Of a stretch of DNA of 27,274 nt, positions 7,496 through 15,186 are shown one piece after another. Location of the stretch: the IMG/VR virus record IMGVR_UViG_3300017914_001755, positions 1 to 27,274 of that record; one strand, written 5' to 3'. Within the stretch, counting starts at the first letter, position 1. Each line of letters opens with the position of its first letter. A program made the translations under genes and the position numbers. A model generated the notes under the pieces. It saw only the letters and a program-made list of their open reading frames with translations, searched no databases and was not told where the DNA came from. This DNA comes from a virus. Its lineage: Duplodnaviria > Caudoviricetes.

Positions 7496-8728
7496 ATGAA
7501 AGTTATACCTTTTAGACTATTTGAAGCAGCTGATTCAGCTCAAAACTTACATCTTACTCATGCAGATGAAGATTTGTTTGAAAGAGGTGATAAAGGAGCT
7601 CAAGCTGCTATTGAATATATCGTTGATTTTGCTAAAACGGTAGGTCACGGACAAACACAACTTACTGTCAAATGGGATGGAGCTCCTGCTTTATTTGCTG
7701 GATATGACCCTGCTGATGGTAAGTTTTTTGTTGGCACAAAATCAGTTTTTAATGCAAATCCTAAATTATATAAAACTGAACAAGATATTACTGATAATGA
7801 AACTGGTGGAAAAGCAGACAAATTAAAAGTAGCTTTACAAGAGTTACCAAAAGTAGGAATTCCTAAAGATACAGTATTGCAAGGCGATATGATGTTTACT
7901 AAAGGAGATCAGAAATATGAAACTATCGATGGTAAGAGATATATTACGGTACACCCAAACACCATCGTTTACGCATGGCCTGCGAATAGTGATATTGGCA
8001 ACACTATTCGTATTGCTAACATGGGTATTGTTTGGCACACCAAGTATACAGGTAGAGGTTCTCTAAGCACATACAGAGCCCAGTTTGGAGTAGATGTAAA
8101 TACATTAAAGCAATCTAGAACTGTATGGATGGATGATGCTTACTTTAAAAACGCAGATGTATCATTTACAGATCAAGAGTATAGAGAACTAGTTAGACTA
8201 ACAAATAATGCTAAGAGAAGAATCGGTGGTTTTGATAAGATAATGAAAGTCTTAGATACAATTCCTTCCTCTTATGCAGGTGCTAACGTTAAAACGTTTA
8301 TTAATAGTAGAATTAGAGCTGGTAGCTTAGCTAATCCTAGGACAGCTTTTAATGACTATATGAACTATCTAAAAACTTATTGGGATGAAAAAGTTATTCC
8401 TAAAGTTAAGACAGAGAAAGCTAAAGAAACAAAGAAAGCAGCTCTTAAACAGCTAATGGATGATTTTAGTAAAATAAGAAGAGAAATGAATAACGCGTTT
8501 TCTTATGTTGATGAAATTACTCAAGCTAAAATGATCGTAGTCAACAAGCTTAATATGATAAATAATCAGAGTACCTTCGTACTTACGAAGGATGGTTTTA
8601 AAGTTACAGCTCCAGAAGGGTATGTAGCCATTAACACACAAAAAGGTGAAGCAGTAAAGCTAGTAGATAGAATTAACTTTTCACACTTCAACTTTTCTAC
8701 AGAATATATTAAAGGTTGGCAGAGATGA
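7496..8728 (+). CDS. DUF6267-like protein with covalent nucleotidyltransferase (ligase-fold) motifs
   Basis: TVKWDGAP (KxDG motif I), FFVGTKS, LQGDMMF, PNTIVY, PEGYV (motif IV), VKLVDR (motif V). Confidence 0.7.
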   Translation: MKVIPFRLFEAADSAQNLHLTHADEDLFERGDKGAQAAIEYIVDFAKTVGHGQTQLTVKWDGAPALFAGYDPADGKFFVGTKSVFNANPKLYKTEQDITDNETGGKADKLKVALQELPKVGIPKDTVLQGDMMFTKGDQKYETIDGKRYITVHPNTIVYAWPANSDIGNTIRIANMGIVWHTKYTGRGSLSTYRAQFGVDVNTLKQSRTVWMDDAYFKNADVSFTDQEYRELVRLTNNAKRRIGGFDKIMKVLDTIPSSYAGANVKTFINSRIRAGSLANPRTAFNDYMNYLKTYWDEKVIPKVKTEKAKETKKAALKQLMDDFSKIRREMNNAFSYVDEITQAKMIVVNKLNMINNQSTFVLTKDGFKVTAPEGYVAINTQKGEAVKLVDRINFSHFNFSTEYIKGWQR

Positions 8729-10359
8729 CCGAATTTTATGCAGATTACATTAAGAAAACTACTTTTGATCCAGAAACTAATTCTGTTAGATCAAAGTTAG
8801 AAGAAGCAGCTACTAAAGATTATAAAAAGAATCAGCACACTTCTACTCCAAAAATGGAAGTTAAACCTACTGAAATTCCAGAAGGACATATGGAATGTCC
8901 TGATTGTAAAGGTGAAGGTTGTGAAAAATGTGATGATAAAGGTCACATTTCTGAAAAGCTTCATGGTGATCAGCATAGGTTAGACCATAATAAAGATATG
9001 AAGATTACTGCTTCGGATATGAAAATGGTTCGTAAAAAAGGAGCTGTAAAAGATCACCCAGCTGAAGATACAGCTGACGAAGCAATGATTATTCGTTCAA
9101 AGAAGCCTATCTCTAATCTTCGTAGATCATCAGCTTCAAGACCAGCAGGTGTTAAAGAAGATGAATTAGAAGAAGCAACATTTAGAGTTTCTGTTGCAGG
9201 CCTTCCTCAGATGCATATTACAGGATCATCAGCTGGAGAGATTAAGACATCCCTTCGTAAAATGTTAAAAGATCCAAAAGCATTAGGTTCTATTGAAAAG
9301 ATTACTCCTTCAGAGAAGAAATCAGATCTTAGAGCTAAAATGACAGAAGAAGAACAGGTAGATGAAGCGGTGCTCTTAGAATTTACTAGAGTTGCTATGA
9401 AAGCAGCTAAAGAAGCAATCTCTAAAGGTATGAATCACGATGATGCTCAAAGGCATGTTGAAAAGGCTGTTTACACACATTCTGATAAAGTAGGAATGCA
9501 AGGTGCAGATGGTAGGGTTTCAAGAGCAAGAGAAAATAATGCATTAGATAAAGCTGATGCACATTTAGCTAAACATTACGGTAAAAATGAGCAAGTTGCT
9601 GAGCTGTCTAAAAAGACTATTGGAAGCTATATTAACAAAGCGTCACAAGATGCATCTAATCAAATGGCAACAGCTGGTTATCATCAAGGTAAAGAATATG
9701 ATCACAGTCAGGATGTCATAGATAAAGCCGCTGGTAGAGTGAATAAAAGAATGGCTGGTATTCAAAGAGCAACCAAGAAATTGACTAAAGAAGGTGCTAT
9801 GAAGCGTATGGCTACTCAGGATAATGAGCAAGTTGACGAATTATCTAAGCAGACTCTTGGAAGCTATGTAAAGAAAGCTACAGCTGATGTAGATGATAAA
9901 GCTTACACACAAGGTCAGCATGATGCTAGTGGTATTGATTCAAACTACAATAGAACATTAAACAAGCGTCGTGCAGGCATTAATAAAGCTGTTGATAAAA
10001 TGACTAATGAAGGCGCTATGAAGCGTATGGCTACTCAGGATGCTGAAAAAGAGCGTTTAGGTCCTAAGAAAGCAACTGGCGATGGAATGGAAACATTCAA
10101 GAAAAAACCAATGGGTGAAAAATTTGCTAATGCAGCTCAACAAGCAGCTGTAATGGCAGATATTAAAGCTTCAGGTAAGTATAAAAAACCAAAAGAATCT
10201 GTAGAAGAAAAAGATACTCATGTAACTAAAGATGGCCGCACAGTTAAAAAAGGTCTCTGGTATTATATGAATAAGCGTAAAAAAGCAGGAACAAGCAGAC
10301 CTGCAAGCGCTGGTACAGTTTCTCCAGAAGCAATGAAGAAATCACAATCTAAAGATTAA
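8725..10359 (+). CDS. Large K/E-rich modular protein, probable internal head protein
   Basis: ATG at 8725 overlaps the upstream TGA (ATGA) and is preferred over the TTG at 8716. Contains CPDCKGEGCEKC, an EF-hand-like DHNKDMKITASD, internal repeats and many (L/V/I)-x-E sites. Confidence 0.7.
   Translation: MTEFYADYIKKTTFDPETNSVRSKLEEAATKDYKKNQHTSTPKMEVKPTEIPEGHMECPDCKGEGCEKCDDKGHISEKLHGDQHRLDHNKDMKITASDMKMVRKKGAVKDHPAEDTADEAMIIRSKKPISNLRRSSASRPAGVKEDELEEATFRVSVAGLPQMHITGSSAGEIKTSLRKMLKDPKALGSIEKITPSEKKSDLRAKMTEEEQVDEAVLLEFTRVAMKAAKEAISKGMNHDDAQRHVEKAVYTHSDKVGMQGADGRVSRARENNALDKADAHLAKHYGKNEQVAELSKKTIGSYINKASQDASNQMATAGYHQGKEYDHSQDVIDKAAGRVNKRMAGIQRATKKLTKEGAMKRMATQDNEQVDELSKQTLGSYVKKATADVDDKAYTQGQHDASGIDSNYNRTLNKRRAGINKAVDKMTNEGAMKRMATQDAEKERLGPKKATGDGMETFKKKPMGEKFANAAQQAAVMADIKASGKYKKPKESVEEKDTHVTKDGRTVKKGLWYYMNKRKKAGTSRPASAGTVSPEAMKKSQSKD
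9586..10041 (+). repeat. Intragenic tandem duplication (237 and 219 nt units)
   Basis: Units 9586-9822 and 9823-10041 both read NEQVxELSKxTxGSYhxKA...KRxAGIxxAxxKxTxEGAMKRMATQD. An identical 27-mer GCTATGAAGCGTATGGCTACTCAGGAT lies at 9796-9822 and 10015-10041. Confidence 0.92.
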
Positions 10360-10381
10360 AAAAAAGTAAACTTTTTTCCTT

Positions 10382-10419
10382 GGGCCTTGAAAACATTGAG
10401 TTTTCGGGGCCCTTTTTTT
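10382..10419 (+). terminator. Rho-independent terminator
   Basis: GGGCCTTGAAAAC-ATTGA-GTTTTCGGGGCCC (13-bp stem, 2 G-U) followed by T7. Confidence 0.85.
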
Positions 10420-10420
10420 G

Positions 10421-10449
10421 TTGATTTATTCTATTTTAGTGCCTATAAT
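10421..10449 (+). promoter_or_regulatory. Sigma70-type early promoter (copy 1)
   Basis: TTGATT (10421-10426), 17-bp spacer, TATAAT (10444-10449); a closely similar module lies at 26242-26270. Confidence 0.85.
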
Positions 10450-10479
10450 AAGGTATAATAGGAATTTAGGAGAAATTAG

Positions 10480-10800
10480 ATGTTTACAGTTTATCAGATT
10501 AGCTCAGATCAGAAGAAGGCTCTTATGGAGACTATGCCTGATGTATTGTTTCGTATGACTTTCGAAGGTAAAGTGACTAACGTAGACTTTCTTGCTCATT
10601 ATTCTGCTGTAGCTAAGATAGATGCTGCTTCTTTAGATCAGGTTTTCGAGATAGGTAACATGGGTCCTGAGAACCTTATTGAGCGTTTAGATCGTATGGC
10701 TTCTGTATCTGTAGGCGATGTTATTGTTGACGAAGCGGGTACTAAGTTTGTAGTTTCTTCGTTTGGTTTTGATGAGATTGTAGAAAGGGAGGCAGCATAA
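10480..10800 (+). CDS. YodL-like domain protein
   Basis: VYQI...LDQVFEIGN...SVSVGDVI...FVVSSFGF matches the YodL pattern (LExhFxxxN, SLSVSDVV, VDxxGF). Confidence 0.65.
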   Translation: MFTVYQISSDQKKALMETMPDVLFRMTFEGKVTNVDFLAHYSAVAKIDAASLDQVFEIGNMGPENLIERLDRMASVSVGDVIVDEAGTKFVVSSFGFDEIVEREAA

Positions 10801-11015
10801 TGCCGGGTTTAGTAAACGTATTAAGAGTTGGTGATCCTGTTATTACTAAGAGAGGTCATACTTATATTAAGAAGATCGAGCTTTGCGAAAAGCCTGGAGA
10901 TAAGTATGGTATTAAGATGAATAGAGTATTTTACGCTGATGTTGATCGCTGTGTTGTAGATACTACTGATGGTCATTGGAGCTATGGCTCTGAGATTGAC
11001 TTTGTGACTATATAA
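10800..11015 (+). CDS. Hypothetical protein
   Basis: SD GGAGG; TAATG coupling with the upstream gene. Confidence 0.65.
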   Translation: MPGLVNVLRVGDPVITKRGHTYIKKIELCEKPGDKYGIKMNRVFYADVDRCVVDTTDGHWSYGSEIDFVTI

Positions 11016-11026
11016 GGAGAGTTATT

Positions 11027-11425
11027 ATGTGGATGGAAAAAACTTGTGGTGATCTTGAGATTGTAATTGATAAGCTTCAGGAGTTAGTACCTATGAAAGG
11101 TGAATGCGAGAAGCGCTATACTAAGAATAAGGCTCTTGATCGTTTTCGTCGTGCTAATAATGTTATTCATGATATTTTTAATAACGGTCTTATGAATAGA
11201 GGTAAAGAACTTAAGGTACTTAATATTACTAAAAGTAAACTAGGTCTTGCTTATAATATGAATCGTGAAGATTGGGATAATGTAGAAAAGCGTATTGCTC
11301 CTACTTATCGTGATATTGTTATGGATGCTGTTCTTGAGCAGTTTGGACGTCAAGCTGTCCTAGATGTGTATCATAACCGTTCTAGTCAAATTATTTCCGA
11401 AGCTGTAGCAGAAGGTAGAGTATAA
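11027..11425 (+). CDS. Hypothetical protein
   Basis: SD AAGGAG; fits the tightly packed operon. Confidence 0.7.
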   Translation: MWMEKTCGDLEIVIDKLQELVPMKGECEKRYTKNKALDRFRRANNVIHDIFNNGLMNRGKELKVLNITKSKLGLAYNMNREDWDNVEKRIAPTYRDIVMDAVLEQFGRQAVLDVYHNRSSQIISEAVAEGRV

Positions 11426-11844
11426 TGTATATATGTTTAGATATTGTAGGTATTACTGATGAGAATCAGGGTGTCCTTATTAAGGACGTTATAGAGCAGA
11501 CTTTAACTACTCTAATGCCTCGTAGAAAAAATCCTATCTTTATTGACGTTGAGATAGCATTGGATGAAGATTTAGGTTCTGCCGAAGCTATGATTAATCA
11601 AGAAGATAATGATTCATTCTTTCTAGCTATTAGTAGGTCAGCTTTAGAAGGTCCTACGGATGACTTAGTAACGTTACTTATTCATGAAATGGTGCATGTA
11701 AGGCAATATATTCGTAAACAAATTACTGATCAGCCTTATAATAACTTTGAAGAGTATCTTAAACTTCCATATGAAATAGAAGCATATAAACTGCAGGAGG
11801 AACTGTTAGATGAGATCAAAGAAAAAGTCTTTGTCGGCGACTAA
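11425..11844 (+). CDS. Zinc metallopeptidase-like protein (HEXXH)
   Basis: TLLIHEMVHVRQY plus downstream PYEIEAY third-ligand motif. Confidence 0.75.
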   Translation: MYICLDIVGITDENQGVLIKDVIEQTLTTLMPRRKNPIFIDVEIALDEDLGSAEAMINQEDNDSFFLAISRSALEGPTDDLVTLLIHEMVHVRQYIRKQITDQPYNNFEEYLKLPYEIEAYKLQEELLDEIKEKVFVGD

Positions 11845-12157
11845 ACTTAAGCAGCAGCAAGATCATGATAAGTGGTTAAGAGCTAGAGGTGTCCATCCAG
11901 ATCAACTTAAGAAGAGTTTACCTCATAGTGCTAAAGGTAAGCGTTTAGGTATTACTCCTTTACCTGACTATAAAGCTCATCAAGGTACTAGAACTGCTAA
12001 GACTTCTGATGTTGTTATTGGAGATACTAATAAAAAGGAGGGTAATACTTATACTGGTGACTTTATTGTAGGGATTGCTACTATGCATAAGTCTAACTTT
12101 GTTCCTGTTACGCGTAATCAGGATGGTAAAGATTATGCTACAATGAGGAGGAACTAG
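11810..12157 (+). CDS. Conserved basic T4-like hypothetical protein
   Basis: C-terminal YTG-x-x-IVGIATMHKSN-x-VPV motif recognised from T4-like phages; SD GGAGG. Confidence 0.7.
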   Translation: MRSKKKSLSATKLKQQQDHDKWLRARGVHPDQLKKSLPHSAKGKRLGITPLPDYKAHQGTRTAKTSDVVIGDTNKKEGNTYTGDFIVGIATMHKSNFVPVTRNQDGKDYATMRRN

Positions 12158-12387
12158 TGTCTGAAGAAGATCAGGTTGTTTTAAATCTTGGAAATGGAAT
12201 GAGCGGTTCGGCTATGTTAGCCGCGCGCGCTCTTTACGACGAGATTCAGAACATCAACACAAAAATTGTTATAATGAAATCAGAATACGGAGCTGAAAAC
12301 TGTGCTGAAGAGCTGAGTGAGCTTCGTCGTATTAGAAAATATATGAAAGATAGAATTGAATACTATCACGATGGGGGAAACGTATGA
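12157..12387 (+). CDS. Hypothetical protein
   Basis: GTG start coupled to the upstream TAG; SD GAGGAGG. Confidence 0.6.
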   Translation: MSEEDQVVLNLGNGMSGSAMLAARALYDEIQNINTKIVIMKSEYGAENCAEELSELRRIRKYMKDRIEYYHDGGNV

Positions 12388-12938
12388 ACGTGTTTGCATT
12401 ACATAGAAATCCTAAGACAGCTGCTCAAATGATGTGCGATAAGCATGTTATTAAGATGATTATCGAGACTTGTCAGATTTTATCTGCAGTTATGGATAAC
12501 CGTTATATGAAAGAGCATAGAGGAGAAGGAGAACTTAAACCTTCTGAGCAATTAGGTCTATGTGGTTATCCTCCTGCTCATGTTAAGCATCCTTCTACTC
12601 TATGGGCTATGGAATCCAAAGGTAACTATGTATGGCTATGTAAACATCTTCGCGAACTTAACTGGCAATATCATTTACGTTATGGTAAGTTTCATAAGCT
12701 TAATGGTAATACTATGATCTATGAATCACAGTTACAGTACTTAGAATTTCCTAAGCAGAAGAAAACTGAGTTCGTTCAAGCTATAACAGATAAGAGATGG
12801 CATCGCAAAGATCCTGTTGAGGCATATCGCGTCTATTACAATATGGAAAAGTTTGTGTTTGCTAAATGGAAGCTAGGTAATGTACCTAAATGGTATACCG
12901 GAGCTCCTGTATATGAAGTAGTATTGGAGGCTACATGA
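12384..12938 (+). CDS. Pyrimidine dimer DNA glycosylase / endonuclease V-like protein
   Basis: MNVF-x-L...AA...CDKHV-x-KMIIE-x-x-Q-x-LS, H-x-x-HPS-x-x-W, NY-x-WL, RYGK-x-H, V-x-AYR-x-YY. Confidence 0.75.
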   Translation: MNVFALHRNPKTAAQMMCDKHVIKMIIETCQILSAVMDNRYMKEHRGEGELKPSEQLGLCGYPPAHVKHPSTLWAMESKGNYVWLCKHLRELNWQYHLRYGKFHKLNGNTMIYESQLQYLEFPKQKKTEFVQAITDKRWHRKDPVEAYRVYYNMEKFVFAKWKLGNVPKWYTGAPVYEVVLEAT

Positions 12939-13381
12939 AATATTATTCTACCAAGACATACGGCCATGATAGAGGACTGAGTTGTGCGTTTAGACAACCT
13001 AACGCATTTCACTCTCATTGTTCTCTTATTCATGGTTATGCATTAGCATTTAAGTTTACTTTCGCTGCTGATGAATTAGATGATAAGAACTGGGTTCAAG
13101 ACTTTGGTGGTTTGAAAGAGCTTAAAAGTTGGTTAGAAGATAACTTTGACCATACATTAGCAGTAGACTTTGATGATCCTCATAAAGAGACTCTACAAGA
13201 GTTAGCAAGATATGATCTAGTTAAGATTAGATTATTCAGCGGTGTAGGATGTGAGAAGTTTGCAGAACACGCATTTAAGTTTGCTGATGAGTTAGTACGA
13301 GAACAGTCTAACGATAGAGTCAGAGTAGTGCAATGTGAAGTTATGGAGCATGGTGCTAATAGTGCTATAGTAAGGAGATAG
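12935..13381 (+). CDS. queD: 6-carboxy-5,6,7,8-tetrahydropterin synthase
   Basis: SHC-x-x-IHGY, WVQDFGGLK, DNFDH and the C-terminal E; located in the Que cluster. Confidence 0.9.
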   Translation: MKYYSTKTYGHDRGLSCAFRQPNAFHSHCSLIHGYALAFKFTFAADELDDKNWVQDFGGLKELKSWLEDNFDHTLAVDFDDPHKETLQELARYDLVKIRLFSGVGCEKFAEHAFKFADELVREQSNDRVRVVQCEVMEHGANSAIVRR

Positions 13382-13385
13382 AGTA

Positions 13386-14294
13386 ATGGCAGTTGATAAC
13401 AGTAAAAAATATTACTATTCAGAGATATTTACCTCTATTCAAGGTGAAGGTGCTTATACAGGTCAACACACTTTATGGTTGCGTTATTTTCTTTGCAATC
13501 TTCAGTGTAATGGTTTTGGACAACTAGATCCTACTAATCCAGATACATATGAGTTACCTTACCAAGATTTTGATGTATCTACAGTTAACAGGGTAGAAGA
13601 TCTTCCTGTATTCTCTAAAGGTTGTGATAGCTCATATACATGGGCTAAAAAGTATAAACACTTAATGAATCAACTAAGTCCTGAAGATATAGTACATGAA
13701 ATTATGAGATTAAACTCTTCTGATTTTAATCATTCTGGTAAATTTCTACATCCAAGGAGTGGTCAAAGAGCTCATATGTGTTTCACTGGTGGCGAACCTT
13801 TAATGCCTACATCTCAAAAATGTTCTATAGATATTTTACAAATATTTAAGAATAGTAATAACAACCCAGGTGGTGTAACTTTTGAGACTAATGGTACAAG
13901 AAAGCTTACTCAAGAGTTTAAAGAATGGATGGCTAGACCTAGAGACTATCAAGTGTTTTGGTCTGTATCTCCTAAATTGTTTACTGTGTCAGGAGAAGAG
14001 TCTTCTAAAGCAATCAAGCCTGAAATAGTAAAAGAGTATAGTGATATCTCTAACTATGGACAGCTTAAATTTGTTGTGGGTAAAGAAGAATCACAATGGC
14101 GTGAACTAGAAGATGTTATTTTACAATTTCGTAAGGCAGAAATTGACTGGCCGGTTTATATTATGCCTGTAGGGGCTACTTTAGAAGGTCAAGATGAAGT
14201 AGCTAGTGAAGTTGCTTGGGAAGCTATTAAGAGAGGTTATAATGTATCTGCGCGCGCTCATGTTTACCTTTTTGGTAATCAAATCGGTACCTAG
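13386..14294 (+). CDS. queE: 7-carboxy-7-deazaguanine synthase (radical SAM)
   Basis: SEIFTSIQGEG, LR-x-x-x-CNLQC...GCDS, FTGGEPL, FETNGT, SVSPK, LKFVV, YIMP, R-x-H. Confidence 0.93.
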   Translation: MAVDNSKKYYYSEIFTSIQGEGAYTGQHTLWLRYFLCNLQCNGFGQLDPTNPDTYELPYQDFDVSTVNRVEDLPVFSKGCDSSYTWAKKYKHLMNQLSPEDIVHEIMRLNSSDFNHSGKFLHPRSGQRAHMCFTGGEPLMPTSQKCSIDILQIFKNSNNNPGGVTFETNGTRKLTQEFKEWMARPRDYQVFWSVSPKLFTVSGEESSKAIKPEIVKEYSDISNYGQLKFVVGKEESQWRELEDVILQFRKAEIDWPVYIMPVGATLEGQDEVASEVAWEAIKRGYNVSARAHVYLFGNQIGT

Positions 14295-14541
14295 TTTTGC
14301 TGCTGATTGTGTTTACACAAACGTAATTAATTATAATGCTGCTGGAGAAATAGTAGGAGCTACTCAGAAATATGAGTGTAAGACTCCTCCTCCAAAAACT
14401 ATGGTTCAAATAGATCCTTTTAGGACTCCTGTAGAAATTATCTATGATGAGTCTTATTATAATAGTAGTGAAGAAGAGAATGAACGTAAGTTGCAAAACT
14501 TATATGAAGTTTTTTCACTTTTAAGTGCGTTAGGTCAGTAG
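14242..14541 (+). CDS. Putative exported protein
   Basis: ATG at 14242 has GAGAGG upstream. The N-terminus MYLRALMFTFLVIKSVPSFA-ADC looks like a signal peptide; two Cys. Overlaps the queE 3' end by 53 nt. Confidence 0.55.
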   Translation: MYLRALMFTFLVIKSVPSFAADCVYTNVINYNAAGEIVGATQKYECKTPPPKTMVQIDPFRTPVEIIYDESYYNSSEEENERKLQNLYEVFSLLSALGQ

Positions 14542-14550
14542 GAGAGTATA

Positions 14551-15186
14551 ATGAAATATAACGTGTTGTTAGTATCAAGCGTATTAGCGCTTGGTGCCTG
14601 TTCTAGTAACGATAGTGCTAAGTTGTTCTTAGAAGATCCTGTAAAGTATAATACAGCTAAAGTAGAGACTCAAATTAAAGAGATTCCTGATTGGTATTTG
14701 TCTCATCCTGAGAAAGAAGAGATTATTTATTCATCAGGTACTGCAGTAACTCCAGACTTACAGTTAAGTATGGATATTGCTGTATTGAATGCTAAGACTA
14801 CTTTAGCAGATAGGATTAATGGCCGTTTATCATCTAAGACTAAGAACTTTATCGCTCGGGTAGGTTCTAATGATCTTGATGCGAGAGTAGCTCAAGATAT
14901 TGAGAAAGTTACAACTAATCTTATTGCTGATGTAGATGTTGCAGGTTATGCAGTAGAAGAGTCTGCTATCATTCAAGACGGTCCTCAATATAGGGCATAT
15001 GTTTTGTTAGCATATTCTGATGAAGAAGCTAATAGAATTATTGTTAATCGAATTCGTAATGATAAACTAATGTTAGATAAACTTCGTGCAACTTCTGCTT
15101 ATAAAGAATTAGAAGAAAGCGTTCAGAATAAAAAAGAACAAGATCTGGATGAGATGGAAATGATTGTAAGAGGTTTAGAAAGTTAA
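14551..15186 (+). CDS. LPP20-family-like lipoprotein
   Basis: Signal peptide with lipobox LGAC; P-x-W-Y followed by G-x-A...A-x-x-x-AK-x-x-LA pattern. Confidence 0.7.
   Translation: MKYNVLLVSSVLALGACSSNDSAKLFLEDPVKYNTAKVETQIKEIPDWYLSHPEKEEIIYSSGTAVTPDLQLSMDIAVLNAKTTLADRINGRLSSKTKNFIARVGSNDLDARVAQDIEKVTTNLIADVDVAGYAVEESAIIQDGPQYRAYVLLAYSDEEANRIIVNRIRNDKLMLDKLRATSAYKELEESVQNKKEQDLDEMEMIVRGLES

Noticed and set aside
8558-8564. ATAAATA inside the ligase-fold gene
   Set aside because: Intragenic, about 160 nt from the next start, and expected by chance in AT-rich DNA.
9586-10041. Repeats considered as a CRISPR array or a DGR template/variable pair
   Set aside because: Only two in-frame protein-coding units, with no spacer structure, no adenine-specific divergence pattern evident and no reverse transcriptase nearby.
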